Shown piece after piece: positions 17,543 to 27,644 of a DNA stretch of 64,000 bases (the first letter of the stretch is position 1; each line of letters begins with the position of its first letter). Position numbers and translations under genes: made by a program. This DNA comes from Clostridia bacterium (lineage in GTDB: Bacteria > Bacillota > Clostridia > Christensenellales > Aristaeellaceae): contig JAFWEY010000198.1 in assembly GCA_017512675.1 (NCBI GenBank), forward strand, positions 1,803 through 65,802, read 5' to 3'. The notes beneath the pieces were generated by a model, which saw nothing but the letters and a program-made list of their open reading frames with translations, was not told the origin of the DNA and did not search any database.

Positions 17543-20500
17543 ATGAAAAGATGCTTTGCCTTGATGCTCAGCCTTTTGCTGACAGCCGCATCGATTGTGA
17601 CCTGCGCTCTTGCGGAGGCCGTGCCGGCGCAGCAGTCACAGCCGCTGAAGGCCGGTGATGTGCTGTACGGGTTCCGGGTGCTGACCGTTCGGCCTTTCGA
17701 TCTTTTCCATGCGAACGTCGTACACATGGAGCATGAAAAAACGGGAGCCCAGCTTCTGTTCTTTGACTGCGAAGACACGAACCGGGCTTTTTCGATTGCG
17801 TTCAATACGCCGACAACGGACGACAAGGGGCTTCCGCACGTGTTCGAACACAGCGCGCTGAGCGGTTCGGATAAGTATCCGGATCCGAACCTTGTGTTTT
17901 CGATGATGTACGGAACCTATACGACATACATGAACGCCGGCACCTACCAGACGATGACGGTCTATCCGAATTCATCGCTGTCCGAGGAACAGCTGATGGT
18001 GAACATGGATGTCTACCTTTCCGGCGTCTTTCATCCGGTTCTGCTTCGGGATGAGCGTGCGATGATGCGGGAAGCCTGCCGATACGAACTGAACAGCGAA
18101 GAGGACGACATCGCGCTGACCGGAACGGTTTACAGCGAGATGCTCGGAGCGGTGGATCTGGACCGCATGGCATCGTACAATCTCAATCGGCTTCTGTATC
18201 CGGGAAGCTTCGCAGCCAGCGAATCCGGCGGCCTGCCGGACGCGATCGAGACCATGACGCATCAGGATCTGCTGGATTTCCATCAGAAATGGTATACGCC
18301 CTCCAATGCGCTGATCGTGCTGTACGGGGATCTCGAAATCGGAAGATTTCTCGAACGGCTGGACACGGATTATCTGTCGGAATACGACAGGGTTCCGGTC
18401 GATCTGACCGACGCGGGTTACAAACCGGTTTCCGGGCAAAAAGAAGGCCATTACACGTTCCCCGCGTCAGCGGACGCGCCGCGGGAAAGCCGCGTTCTGT
18501 ACGCGGTACCGCTCTTTGACAGCTATTCGACGGAAGACCTTGAAGTGCTGAGCATTGCGCTGGACCTGCTCAACCGGGAAGACCGGTATCTGGATACGGA
18601 ACTGCGCAACAGGCTCCCCGGGGCCAATGTATCCGTTTCGCTGAATATGCTTGCGCCGGATCCGGCGGTGGTGTTCAAAGCGACGGGAGTCGCCGAAGAA
18701 CAGGCGGATCTGTTCAGGCAGATTGTCGACGAGGCCATCGCTTATACGCTCGAAAACGGATTCAGCCCCGAGGATATCGCTGCGGATGTGGCTTCTTTGC
18801 GCTATGAAACCGCAGAAATTGCAGAAGAATCCTACGGAATCAGCATGGCGAGAGCGGCGAGCTATTACTGGGCGGCTGCCCGGGATCCGCTGGCGGTTCT
18901 GGATCTCTATCAGGTGATCGAAAACCTGGAGGATTACGAGGCTGCAGGGGCGTTCGACGCAGCATTCCGCCGCGCGTTTTCGCAGACGCAGGCTTCGGTT
19001 TTCGCCGTGACGACCGCGGAGCCGGGGAAACAGGAACAGCAGGAAGCGGAGCGCGCCCAGCGGCTGCGGGAAATGAAGGAATCGATGTCCGGGGAGGAGA
19101 TTCAGGCGCTGATCCAAAAAACGGCAGACTATAACGCCTGGACCGAGGAAAACGCGCAGAATTCGATGCTTTCCCAGGTCACCGCGGTGGATGCGCAGAC
19201 CCTGCCCGAAGAAGTGATGGAAGCGGAAGCGGCGGATGAGCGGATTGACGGAGTCCGGGTTGTCACTTCGAGCGTGGAAGATACAGATCTTATTGATATC
19301 GCGCTGTACCTCGACGCGTCCGGCGTGCCGGCTGAACAGCTGGAACGATACATGCTTCTGACGGATCTTCTGGGCGGAATGCCCACAGAGCACTATGACC
19401 GCGCGCAGCTTGCCAATCAAATGCAGATCTATGCCAGCGGCCTTTCTTTCAGCGCGACCACGGTTCTCAACGAAGAAACGGACGAGTGGCATCCGTGGTT
19501 TGTCATTTCCTGGAAGACCTTCGATGACTGTCTGGACGAATCCTTTGCGCTGGTTCGGGAGATCCTCGGTTCGACCGACCTGCGGGACGCGCAATACCTG
19601 CGCAGCCGCAACGCGGCCAAGGAGGATGATTTCCGCCTCAGCTGGCAGAATTCGCCGCATTCGCTGGCGTTCAATTATGCCCGGGCGGCTTCCCGCGAGG
19701 AAAGCGCGTATCGCTTCCGCCTTCGGATGACGCCGTTCGCAAACTATCTCGCTTCCTTCGAAGGGATGGATGACGGCGCTGTCCTGGCCGAATGCGATGC
19801 GATGACGGCAGTGCTGGACCTGCTCAAAAACAGAGACGGAGCGATGATCGCGCTTTCGGGCAGCGCGGCGGGCATCGAACCGGCCAGGGAGCGGGCGCTG
19901 GAGCTGTTGGCGGATTTCGGAGAATCGGAGAGGGAGACGGCGGATTATTCCGGGATTCTCCACCCGTTTGAAGGCAATATCGCCATCGCGATGGATACGG
20001 GCGTGCAGTACAACCTGGAGTACCTTCCGTTCGACGAACTCGGGATCGGGTACAGCGGAAAACTGGATGCGTTCACCAACATGGCGTCAGACTTGGTGCT
20101 GATTCCGACGCTGCGCTTCCAGAACAGCGTCTACAGCGTTATGAGCGCGGTAACGGAAACGGACGCATATGTGCTGACGTATCGCGATCCGATGCTGAAG
20201 AAGACATTCGGGGAACTGTTTCCCGCAATCGGCGGGCAGGTTCAGGAACAGGCAGAAGGCATCGGGCAGCAGGATCTGAACGGATACATCACATCGGCCT
20301 ATCAGTCTCTGGCGGCGCCGGTCGGCCCGCTCACGCGGGCGCGAACGGCCGTCGCGGATGTGCTGAGGGCGCGGAACAGCTTTGAAAAGAAGCGCGCCGG
20401 CATGGAAGCGCTGAAGGCGTTTGTGCCGGAGGACGTTGCGGAATACGCCGGGATATTCGACCGGCTCTCCGGGGACGGCCTGAAGGTATCTGTCGCTTCT

Positions 20501-20563
20501 CCCGCGCAGATCGAGGAAAACAGGGAGCTGTTTGAAACGGTGGAAACGTATTTCAACGAGTGA
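17543..20563 (+). CDS. M16 family (insulinase/PreP-like, M16C) metallopeptidase with signal peptide
   Basis: 1006 aa. N-terminal signal peptide MKRCFALMLSLLLTAASIVTCALA and the inverted zinc motif HVFEH (HxxEH) in ...LPHVFEHSALSGSDKYP. Confidence 0.85.
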   Translation: MKRCFALMLSLLLTAASIVTCALAEAVPAQQSQPLKAGDVLYGFRVLTVRPFDLFHANVVHMEHEKTGAQLLFFDCEDTNRAFSIAFNTPTTDDKGLPHVFEHSALSGSDKYPDPNLVFSMMYGTYTTYMNAGTYQTMTVYPNSSLSEEQLMVNMDVYLSGVFHPVLLRDERAMMREACRYELNSEEDDIALTGTVYSEMLGAVDLDRMASYNLNRLLYPGSFAASESGGLPDAIETMTHQDLLDFHQKWYTPSNALIVLYGDLEIGRFLERLDTDYLSEYDRVPVDLTDAGYKPVSGQKEGHYTFPASADAPRESRVLYAVPLFDSYSTEDLEVLSIALDLLNREDRYLDTELRNRLPGANVSVSLNMLAPDPAVVFKATGVAEEQADLFRQIVDEAIAYTLENGFSPEDIAADVASLRYETAEIAEESYGISMARAASYYWAAARDPLAVLDLYQVIENLEDYEAAGAFDAAFRRAFSQTQASVFAVTTAEPGKQEQQEAERAQRLREMKESMSGEEIQALIQKTADYNAWTEENAQNSMLSQVTAVDAQTLPEEVMEAEAADERIDGVRVVTSSVEDTDLIDIALYLDASGVPAEQLERYMLLTDLLGGMPTEHYDRAQLANQMQIYASGLSFSATTVLNEETDEWHPWFVISWKTFDDCLDESFALVREILGSTDLRDAQYLRSRNAAKEDDFRLSWQNSPHSLAFNYARAASREESAYRFRLRMTPFANYLASFEGMDDGAVLAECDAMTAVLDLLKNRDGAMIALSGSAAGIEPARERALELLADFGESERETADYSGILHPFEGNIAIAMDTGVQYNLEYLPFDELGIGYSGKLDAFTNMASDLVLIPTLRFQNSVYSVMSAVTETDAYVLTYRDPMLKKTFGELFPAIGGQVQEQAEGIGQQDLNGYITSAYQSLAAPVGPLTRARTAVADVLRARNSFEKKRAGMEALKAFVPEDVAEYAGIFDRLSGDGLKVSVASPAQIEENRELFETVETYFNE

Positions 20564-20621
20564 CGCGTTCGCCGTGACAGGGATTCGCTCTGCTGCGGCT
20601 TTCCGCTGAAACAGAAAACAC

Positions 20622-20657
20622 GACAGGGGCTGTCTCAAAACAGAGGCAGCCCCTGTC
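20622..20657 (+). terminator. GC-rich hairpin downstream of the M16 peptidase gene
   Basis: 11-bp stem GACAGGGGCTG / CAGCCCCTGTC. There is no clear U-tract on the plus strand. Confidence 0.35.
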
Positions 20658-20810
20658 GCTGCCCCTGCGGATCGGCGGGCAAGGAGCTTGCGTCTTTGCC
20701 CGGCTCCGGGTTTCCGGGCAGTGGGCATACGGCCCGGCCTGCGTATTTTCGCGTCCGGCGCTATTGCCGTGTTCTGTGAAATGTGATAGAATACCGGGCG
20801 AGGTGATAGT

Positions 20811-21281
20811 ATGCAGAATCTGATGATTCAGATGATATTGATGGCCGAAAGAATCCGGGCGCTGGCGCCTTTTGCGGCTGTGCTGGTGCTGATTATGGTG
20901 GTCGGCTGGTGGGGAATCTTCCGGAAAGCAGGATACCGCCCCTGGCTTTCCGTTATCAGTCCGATCAATCTCGGCGTGTTGCATCGCATTGCCTGGCAGC
21001 AGCTGTGGGAGTTTCCCGTATTTATTGTCTGCGCGGTCGGCGGAGGCCTGCTTCTTTATACGTTCGGGCTGGCGTCGCGTTCGCCGGATATCCAGGCGCG
21101 GATGGTCTGCATGGGCATCGGCGCCGTATTGCTGGCGGCGGCGCTGGTGCTGGATCTGATCACGCATGTGCGGCTCGCGCGGCGTTTTGGAAAAAGCGGC
21201 GCGTTCGCGCTGGGCCTCGTGCTGCTGCGCCCTGTGTTTACCGTCCTATTGGGGTTTGACGGGAGCCGGCTTGGGAAGTAA
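20811..21281 (+). CDS. small integral membrane protein (DUF5684-like)
   Basis: 156 aa with several TM segments. WWGIFRKAGYRPWLSVISPINL resembles the DUF5684 signature as I recall it. GAGGTGA RBS, and an extended -10 promoter TTGCCG-17-TGATAGAAT upstream. Confidence 0.55.
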   Translation: MQNLMIQMILMAERIRALAPFAAVLVLIMVVGWWGIFRKAGYRPWLSVISPINLGVLHRIAWQQLWEFPVFIVCAVGGGLLLYTFGLASRSPDIQARMVCMGIGAVLLAAALVLDLITHVRLARRFGKSGAFALGLVLLRPVFTVLLGFDGSRLGK

Positions 21282-21326
21282 TGCCGTTCAAAAGCGCAAA
21301 CAGAGTTTGCAGGAGATGAAAGCAAT

Positions 21327-22835
21327 ATGGATACCGGATTGAAGAACGCGCTGAAAACCGTCCAGGGCACGCTTGCGATTGCGGAAAAATATCAGCATGC
21401 ATGCCATGTGCTTACCTTTGATCAGGAGACGATCTGTCCGCCCGAGAGCATTGAAGAGCAGGGTGAGGTGACGGCGTTTCTTGAAGACAAAGCCTATCGG
21501 CTTCGGAAGAGGAAGAGGTTCATCGCGGCGGCGCAGACGCTGTATGAAGGCAGGGAACAGCTTGACGAGAGGGACAGGATTCTCGCGGAGAGCCTGCACC
21601 GCGAGTATCTGCGCACAAAAAACGTTACGCCGGCGATCAATCACCATTTTTCGCTGGTGTACAACCGCGCGTTTGTCGCGTGGCTGAAGGCGAAAAAGAA
21701 CGACGATTTCGCGATGTTCGCGCCGGCTCTTCAGGAAGTGCTGGCGGCCGAGAAGAAAAAGATTGCGCTGATGGAGGAAGCGCTTCCCGATCCCTATGAC
21801 AATCTGCTGGGGATTTATGAGCGCGGAATGACCGTAAAGACGCTGGATGCGGCGTTCGGGGCCTGCAAAGAACGGCTGATTCCTCTGCTGAAGGAGATCG
21901 TCAGGAGCAAAAAGGTCATCCGAACGGAGTTTCTGTCCCGGCCGGTCACCGATGACCAGCAGCGGCGGATGGCGCAGGCTCTCCTGGAAATCATGGGCTT
22001 TGACTTTTCCCGCGGCGCGTTTTCCACCACAGAGCATCCGTTTACCGACAGCATGGGGCGCAACGACACCCGGGTGACCACGCATTATCACCCGACCCAG
22101 TTTCTGTCCAGCGTCTATTCGGTGATTCACGAAGGCGGACACGCGCTGTTCGAGCAAATGTACCCCCGGGAAGACTACGATCACCACATCAACGACCAGA
22201 TGACCATGGGACAGCACGAATCGGTTTCCCGGTTTTACGAGAACCGCATCGGGAGGTCGCGGGAGTTCATCGATTTGATCTGGCCGGTGGCGCGCGGCAT
22301 TTTTCCGGACGTGCTGAAGGACGTTACGCCGCAAGAACTTTATCGGGCGGTGAATGTGGTTAGTCCCTCGCTGATCCGCACGGAAGCGGATGAATTCACC
22401 TATACCTTTCACATCATCATCCGGTATGAAATCGAACGGGCGCTTCTGTCGGGAAATCTGTGCGTCGGCGAGCTCCCGAACGTCTGGAGCGACCTGTACG
22501 ATCGATATCTGGGCGTGCGTCCCGACAGGGCGGCAGACGGTGTTTTGCAGGATGTTCACTGGACTGGGGGGTTCGGGTATTTTCCCGCTTACGCGCTGGG
22601 CAATATGTACAACGCGATGTATACCCGGCGCATGTCGGAGGAATTCAGCCTGGAAGACGCCGTTGGCCGGGGAGATTTTTCCCGAATCAACGGATGGATG
22701 CGGGAACATGTGTTCCAAAAGGCCAATCGGCTGGATGCCGCACAGTGGATTCGGGAGATTACCGGCCGGGGAATGACGCCGCAGGATTTTCTTGATTACC
22801 TGGAGAAAAAATACTGCGAACTGTACGGTTTATAA
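21327..22835 (+). CDS. carboxypeptidase M32 (Taq-type)
   Basis: 502 aa with the zinc motif HEGGHAL and the M32-typical HESVSRFYEN (compare HESQSRFWEN). Confidence 0.9.
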   Translation: MDTGLKNALKTVQGTLAIAEKYQHACHVLTFDQETICPPESIEEQGEVTAFLEDKAYRLRKRKRFIAAAQTLYEGREQLDERDRILAESLHREYLRTKNVTPAINHHFSLVYNRAFVAWLKAKKNDDFAMFAPALQEVLAAEKKKIALMEEALPDPYDNLLGIYERGMTVKTLDAAFGACKERLIPLLKEIVRSKKVIRTEFLSRPVTDDQQRRMAQALLEIMGFDFSRGAFSTTEHPFTDSMGRNDTRVTTHYHPTQFLSSVYSVIHEGGHALFEQMYPREDYDHHINDQMTMGQHESVSRFYENRIGRSREFIDLIWPVARGIFPDVLKDVTPQELYRAVNVVSPSLIRTEADEFTYTFHIIIRYEIERALLSGNLCVGELPNVWSDLYDRYLGVRPDRAADGVLQDVHWTGGFGYFPAYALGNMYNAMYTRRMSEEFSLEDAVGRGDFSRINGWMREHVFQKANRLDAAQWIREITGRGMTPQDFLDYLEKKYCELYGL

Positions 22836-23028
22836 CAGGACGATGCCAATCCGCCGGGACGGAGAACGCGGCGGTTCAGGCGCCGGGTGATTTCGATGCC
22901 CGAACCGCCGCTTGCGGCCGGAGCGGGGAGCGCCTGACGTCCCGCGGCGAAGCGGCAATCAAGCGGCGCTGTCGGCATGAGGATCGATTTTTGACGGGAT
23001 ATGCGGCGGCATACGGGCCGGGAAAACA

Positions 23029-23724
23029 ATGACTGGAGCAAGGCGGTTTCTCGAACGATGCAAAACAGAATATGGCTTCCGGACCTTTGCTGCCGCATCC
23101 GGCTCGCTCGCTGTGACAGGAATCTTTGCGCTGTACAACGGTTTTCTCGGTATCTGCCACTCCTCCGTGTGGCATGGCTGCATCTGCGCTTACTACATTT
23201 TTCTCGTACTGCTGCGCGGGCTGATTATCCGGGCCGCGACAAGCGAATTCCCGCGCAGAGAACAGAGGAACAAAAATGCCTGCCTCACGGTGTCCGTTCT
23301 GCTTCTGATTCTGAACCTGGTCCTGATTCAGCCGCTGTCCATAATGGTCAGACAGCAAAGGCCGGTCAGTCTGACGCTCATTCCCGCGATCGCGATGGCT
23401 GCATACACGACGTATAAAGTCACCATGGCCTCTGTCAATCTCAGAAGAAGAAAGCGATCGTCAAACCGCTTTGTCCATCTGCTTCGGACGATCAGTTTCA
23501 TCGATGCGCTTGTTTCGGTCCTCACCCTCCAGAACACGCTGATTATGGTCAATTCAAACGGTGAGGGGATGCTGGCCTTGACGGCGGCGACCAGCGCGGC
23601 GGTCTGGATCGCAGTGTTGATTCTGTCCGTCGCCGCGGTTCTGAAGCAGCTCAGGGACGGCAGAGAACAGGCCTGCCGAAACGGCATCCGTTCCCGCGGA
23701 TCCCGAAACCGCGGGATCCTTTAG
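23029..23724 (+). CDS. hypothetical multi-pass membrane protein
   Basis: 231 aa with about 5 hydrophobic segments and normal composition. No family recognised. Confidence 0.5.
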   Translation: MTGARRFLERCKTEYGFRTFAAASGSLAVTGIFALYNGFLGICHSSVWHGCICAYYIFLVLLRGLIIRAATSEFPRREQRNKNACLTVSVLLLILNLVLIQPLSIMVRQQRPVSLTLIPAIAMAAYTTYKVTMASVNLRRRKRSSNRFVHLLRTISFIDALVSVLTLQNTLIMVNSNGEGMLALTAATSAAVWIAVLILSVAAVLKQLRDGREQACRNGIRSRGSRNRGIL

Positions 23725-24070
23725 CGCAGCTGTCCGGCGAATCCTCATGTCATCCTGATGGGGAACGTCCGGAAATCCCATGGGAAGCGCGAAGCCTGCC
23801 GCGGAACGGACGGAATCGCTGCCCGGGCCGTCTTGAACCTATGGGGACTGGCGCGGCGCGCCGATCCGCTGCGGCGTTCGCCGGATGCTGCGTTGCGGCG
23901 AAAGGATCCGCCGGCCGCGGGTACATCGGACAAAACCCTGTCCGCCGGGGGCCGGCTGCCTGAACCGGGCTTTGTCCGGTATTGGCATTTTGGCGGAATG
24001 CAGCCGCCGCAGCCTTGCGGCAAAAGGCGGAATGTGCTATCATAATGCGAACCGAAAGGGAGGATTGATT

Positions 24071-24718
24071 ATGAAAAAGGCAGTGTGTGTGCTGATTGCG
24101 ATGCTGCTGGCGGCGGTCCCTGTTCTTGGGGAAACGTATGCGGCGGAAGACATGTTTACGATGTGGTACCCGGACGGCTGGACCCGGGACGAAGTGAGCT
24201 ATACCGCGGACAATACCGATGATTATACATGGCTTGCGGATCTGTACGGTTCGGACTGCTTCACATCGATATTTCTGGAACTGGTCAGCGGATACGACAC
24301 GTTCGATCTGTCGCAGGCGGATGAAGCGGAGACCCGGAAGTGGATGGAGGATCAGTTCGACCGTTTCACCGGCTACAATCCGACCTATGTGGAAACGCTG
24401 TATACCGAGGAAGAGGGGCTTCCGTTTATCGTTTATACGCTGACGGATATGGAAGTGCCGCTGCTGGAGGCGGTGACCGTCAGGAACGGGGTGTACTATT
24501 GCATCGATATCAGCATGGATGACGGCAGCGCGCTGACAGAGGAAGCTTACGATTTTCTGCGCGGAATGGTGCGCTCATTCCGCCTGAACAACCCCGGGCA
24601 GAACGCATCCGATCAGCCTGAGGAGGCGCCGCAGGACGGCCTGGGAGGCGAAGACGGCGGTGCGGCTGAAACGGAGCTGCAGCTTCCGACGGCAGCGCCG
24701 GCGATCGTCGCGGTATAG
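24071..24718 (+). CDS. hypothetical secreted protein
   Basis: ATG at 24071 follows AAGGGAGG. MKKAVCVLIAMLLAAVPVLGETYA is a signal peptide; acidic mature part. The track ORF starts further upstream (23885). Confidence 0.55.
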   Translation: MKKAVCVLIAMLLAAVPVLGETYAAEDMFTMWYPDGWTRDEVSYTADNTDDYTWLADLYGSDCFTSIFLELVSGYDTFDLSQADEAETRKWMEDQFDRFTGYNPTYVETLYTEEEGLPFIVYTLTDMEVPLLEAVTVRNGVYYCIDISMDDGSALTEEAYDFLRGMVRSFRLNNPGQNASDQPEEAPQDGLGGEDGGAAETELQLPTAAPAIVAV

Positions 24719-24843
24719 GCTTTTGTGATTCGTCGCGGCCCGTTGCGGAGAAGGATCGCCCTTCGCCGGGCGGTCCGGCTTTCTCAGGGACGCGAGCCGG
24801 CTGCGGGCCGGGAAACCCTGTCACACGGAAACGAGGTTTTGTT

Positions 24844-25572
24844 ATGCGGATTTGTGCGGATCCCCATGTCCATACGATCGCTTCGGGACACGCCCATTCC
24901 ACGGTGCTGGAAAACGCGGCGGCGGCAAAAGCGCTTGGACACTCCTTTGTCTTTCTGACCGACCACGCGCCGTCGATTCCGGGCGCACCGGGCGAGCTCT
25001 ATTTTCACAGCCTGTGCAAGGTGCTGCCGGAGTCCTGCGCAGGGCTTCCTCTGGTGCGCGGCTGCGAGGTGAACCTGCTCAACGATCAGGGGGAACTGGA
25101 TCTGAAGGACGCGACGCTTGACAGGCTGGAATGGGTAATCTGTTCAATGCATGCGCCGTGCATCCCGCCCCGCGATCCGGATTATCATACCCGTGCCTGG
25201 CTGAAGGCGGCGCAGAATCCGCGGATTGACGTGATCGGGCATCTGGGCGATCAGCGCTTTTTCTGTGATTATGAGCGGGCAGTCCGCGCGTTTGCGGAAA
25301 ACGGCAAGGTGGTGGAGATCAATTCCCATTCCTTCGTCGTGCGCCCCGGAAGCGGGGAAAACTGTCCGGAAATTGCAAGACTCTGCGCGAAATACCGGGT
25401 GCCGGTTGTCGTGTCTTCGGACGCACACTTCGCGGAACGCGTCGGCGCGTTCGATCACGCGCTCCGGATGCTGGAAGAGATCCGTTTTCCCGAAGAATTG
25501 GTTCTGAACGCCGATCCCGGGCGTTTCGCTTCGTTCCTTTCGAAGAGAACGGGAAGGGAATTCCCGCTGTAG
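24844..25572 (+). CDS. PHP-domain phosphatase (YcdX-like)
   Basis: 242 aa. MRICADPHVHTIASGHAHST... and later ...LTDHAP..., ...GHLGD..., ...SSDAH... match the PHP/YcdX metal-binding His/Asp pattern. Stop is TAG. Confidence 0.8.
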   Translation: MRICADPHVHTIASGHAHSTVLENAAAAKALGHSFVFLTDHAPSIPGAPGELYFHSLCKVLPESCAGLPLVRGCEVNLLNDQGELDLKDATLDRLEWVICSMHAPCIPPRDPDYHTRAWLKAAQNPRIDVIGHLGDQRFFCDYERAVRAFAENGKVVEINSHSFVVRPGSGENCPEIARLCAKYRVPVVVSSDAHFAERVGAFDHALRMLEEIRFPEELVLNADPGRFASFLSKRTGREFPL

Positions 25573-25776
25573 CGGAGAACGCACAGGGCTGTCCCGGAGG
25601 CGGGCGGTCCTGTTTTTGTGATGGCAGAAGAAAAGATGTTAAATTCGCAGGAAGAACTTTACGCAAACTGCCGAACGTGATACACTGCAATCGGAAGGGC
25701 AAAACAGCATCGCAGAAAAGAACGGCTCCGCTGAACGATGCGGAACGTACGGGAATCATGATTCCGGAGGCGCGGC

Positions 25777-26757
25777 ATGGGTGAACTCTATATGGGCGTG
25801 GAGATCGGCTGCACCAAACAGCAGGCGGCGGTCTGTGCGCGGAACGGTTCGATCGTTCGCATGGTCGGGGAAAAGGTACCTCACCCAAACGGCGCGGCGG
25901 ATATCCTGAAATGGCTGGAGGCGACATTGCGCGCCCTGATTGCGGCATATCCGGAGATTGCCCGAATCGGGTACGGATTCGGGGGCGTGCTGGAAACAAA
26001 AAGCGGGGATTTGCAGGCGTCAGTGCAGGTGCCCGGCTGGATGGGATTTCACCTTCGGGAATGGTCGGAAGAGAAATTCGGGCGCGGTTCGGTGGTCGTC
26101 AACGATACGGTCGCCGGCGGTTATGCGGAACGCCTGCTCGGCAGCGGCCGGGATTCGAAGGTGTTCTTCTACACCAACATCGGCACAGGCATCGGCGGTT
26201 CGCTGTTTATTGGCGATACGACCTGGGACGGCATCGGCTTTGGCGCCGCGTATCTGGGCAACACCTTTACAGCCGACTGGATGGCGAAAGAGCCGGGCGC
26301 GCTGACGCGGATCGAAGACCTGTGCAGCGGTACAGCCATCGAAAGGCGGCTACGGACGCCGGGATATATCGATTCGGATTCCGTAATGATGAAGTGGTGC
26401 CGCGGGGAAGCCGCAAAAACGGACTGCCGCATGCTGCACGAAGCCCTGAAAGCGGGAGATGCCTTTGCGCTGGCGGAAATGGAACGGGTGGGACATACCT
26501 TCGGGGTCGGGGTGGCGAATGCGGTTTCGATGCTTGGGGCGGACACCGTTTCCATCGGCGGCGGTGTGGCGAATCTCGGCGAATACCTGATCGCGCCGGT
26601 CCGGCGCGCTGCCGATAAATATGTCTTCATTTCGGGGAAAGGCCGTTTCCGGGTGGTGCAGTGCGAACTGATGGACGACAACGTGCCGGTCGGCGCGGCG
26701 CTTTATGCGCGTGACGGGTTCCGGACGACGCCGGTTAACGGGAGGCAATCGTTATGA
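25777..26757 (+). CDS. ROK family sugar kinase-like protein
   Basis: 326 aa. N-terminal GVEIGCTK (ATP-binding DxGxT-like) and ...NDTVAGGYAE..., ...IGTGIGG... I could not see the canonical ROK CxCGxxGC zinc motif. Stop overlaps the deoC start as ATGA. Confidence 0.7.
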   Translation: MGELYMGVEIGCTKQQAAVCARNGSIVRMVGEKVPHPNGAADILKWLEATLRALIAAYPEIARIGYGFGGVLETKSGDLQASVQVPGWMGFHLREWSEEKFGRGSVVVNDTVAGGYAERLLGSGRDSKVFFYTNIGTGIGGSLFIGDTTWDGIGFGAAYLGNTFTADWMAKEPGALTRIEDLCSGTAIERRLRTPGYIDSDSVMMKWCRGEAAKTDCRMLHEALKAGDAFALAEMERVGHTFGVGVANAVSMLGADTVSIGGGVANLGEYLIAPVRRAADKYVFISGKGRFRVVQCELMDDNVPVGAALYARDGFRTTPVNGRQSL

Positions 26758-27485
26758 CACTGAAGGAAAAGGGATTCGATCCGGGATACGCTGCGTATTG
26801 CGATCATACGGTGCTGCGTGCGTATACGACGCCGGACAAGGTGATCGAGTTTTGCAGGGAAGCGATCCAATACGGTGCGGCAGCGGTCTGCGTAAATCCG
26901 ATTTATGTCGCGCTGGTGCACGAACAGCTGCGGGGCACGCCGGTCAAAACAGCGACCGTTATCGGGTTCCCTCTCGGCGCGAACAAGTCCAGCGTCAAGG
27001 CGCTGGAAGCGAAAGAGGCAGTAAAGGACGGCGCGAATGAAGTCGACATGGTGATCAACATCGGCGCGCTGCGTGCCGGAGATGACGAAGCAGTGCGTGC
27101 CGACATCCGCGCGGTCGTTGAGTCTGCGAAGGGAGAGAACCCGGATACGCTGGTTAAGGTGATTATCGAAACCTGTTACCTGACCGACGAACAGAAAATC
27201 AAAGCCTGCCGCCTGAGCCTCGAAGCAGGAGCGGATTTTGTGAAGACCTCCACCGGCATGGGAAACGGCGGCGCAACTGTCCGCGACGTGAAGCTGATGC
27301 TGGATGCCGTGGAGGGAAAGATCGGGGTCAAAGCCTCCGGCGGCGTGGATAACCGCGCGAAAGCGTATGAATTTCTTTCCGCCGGCGCCAGCCGTCTTGG
27401 CTGCAGCCGGGTACCGCAGATCGTGAACGACGACACCTCGATTCCATCCGCCGCGGCGACCAATCAGCCGCCGAAGTTTGACTGA
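26754..27485 (+). CDS. deoC: deoxyribose-phosphate aldolase family (DeoC)
   Basis: 243 aa with ...VCVNP..., ...EVDMVINIG... and FVKTSTGMGNGGATV (Schiff-base Lys context). Confidence 0.85.
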   Translation: MTLKEKGFDPGYAAYCDHTVLRAYTTPDKVIEFCREAIQYGAAAVCVNPIYVALVHEQLRGTPVKTATVIGFPLGANKSSVKALEAKEAVKDGANEVDMVINIGALRAGDDEAVRADIRAVVESAKGENPDTLVKVIIETCYLTDEQKIKACRLSLEAGADFVKTSTGMGNGGATVRDVKLMLDAVEGKIGVKASGGVDNRAKAYEFLSAGASRLGCSRVPQIVNDDTSIPSAAATNQPPKFD

Positions 27486-27505
27486 AAACGGAATCGCTGA
27501 TGAAG

Positions 27506-27545
27506 ACGGCCCTTTGTGTTGACAGAGAGGGCCGTTTTCTTCTCG
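27506..27545 (+). terminator. intrinsic terminator after deoC
   Basis: ACGGCCCT...AGGGCCGT hairpin followed by TTTTCTTCT. Confidence 0.6.
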
Positions 27546-27564
27546 CTGTCCGCGATTCAGAGAC

Positions 27565-27593
27565 TTGACATCAAATGTTAAAAGTGATATGAT
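27565..27593 (+). promoter_or_regulatory. sigma-A promoter of the first LacI-family gene
   Basis: TTGACA (27565-27570), a 17-nt spacer ending in TGA (extended -10), then TATGAT (27588-27593). Confidence 0.5.
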
Positions 27594-27644
27594 GAACTTA
27601 GCAAATGAACCGTTTCGTATTTTGTGAGGAATGGTCTGAGCGCT

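Noticed and set aside
23760-23840. A c-di-GMP-I (GEMM) riboswitch upstream of the secreted-protein gene.
   Set aside because: There is only a partial resemblance to one conserved segment. No GNRA tetraloop/receptor hairpins or P1 pairing could be drawn.
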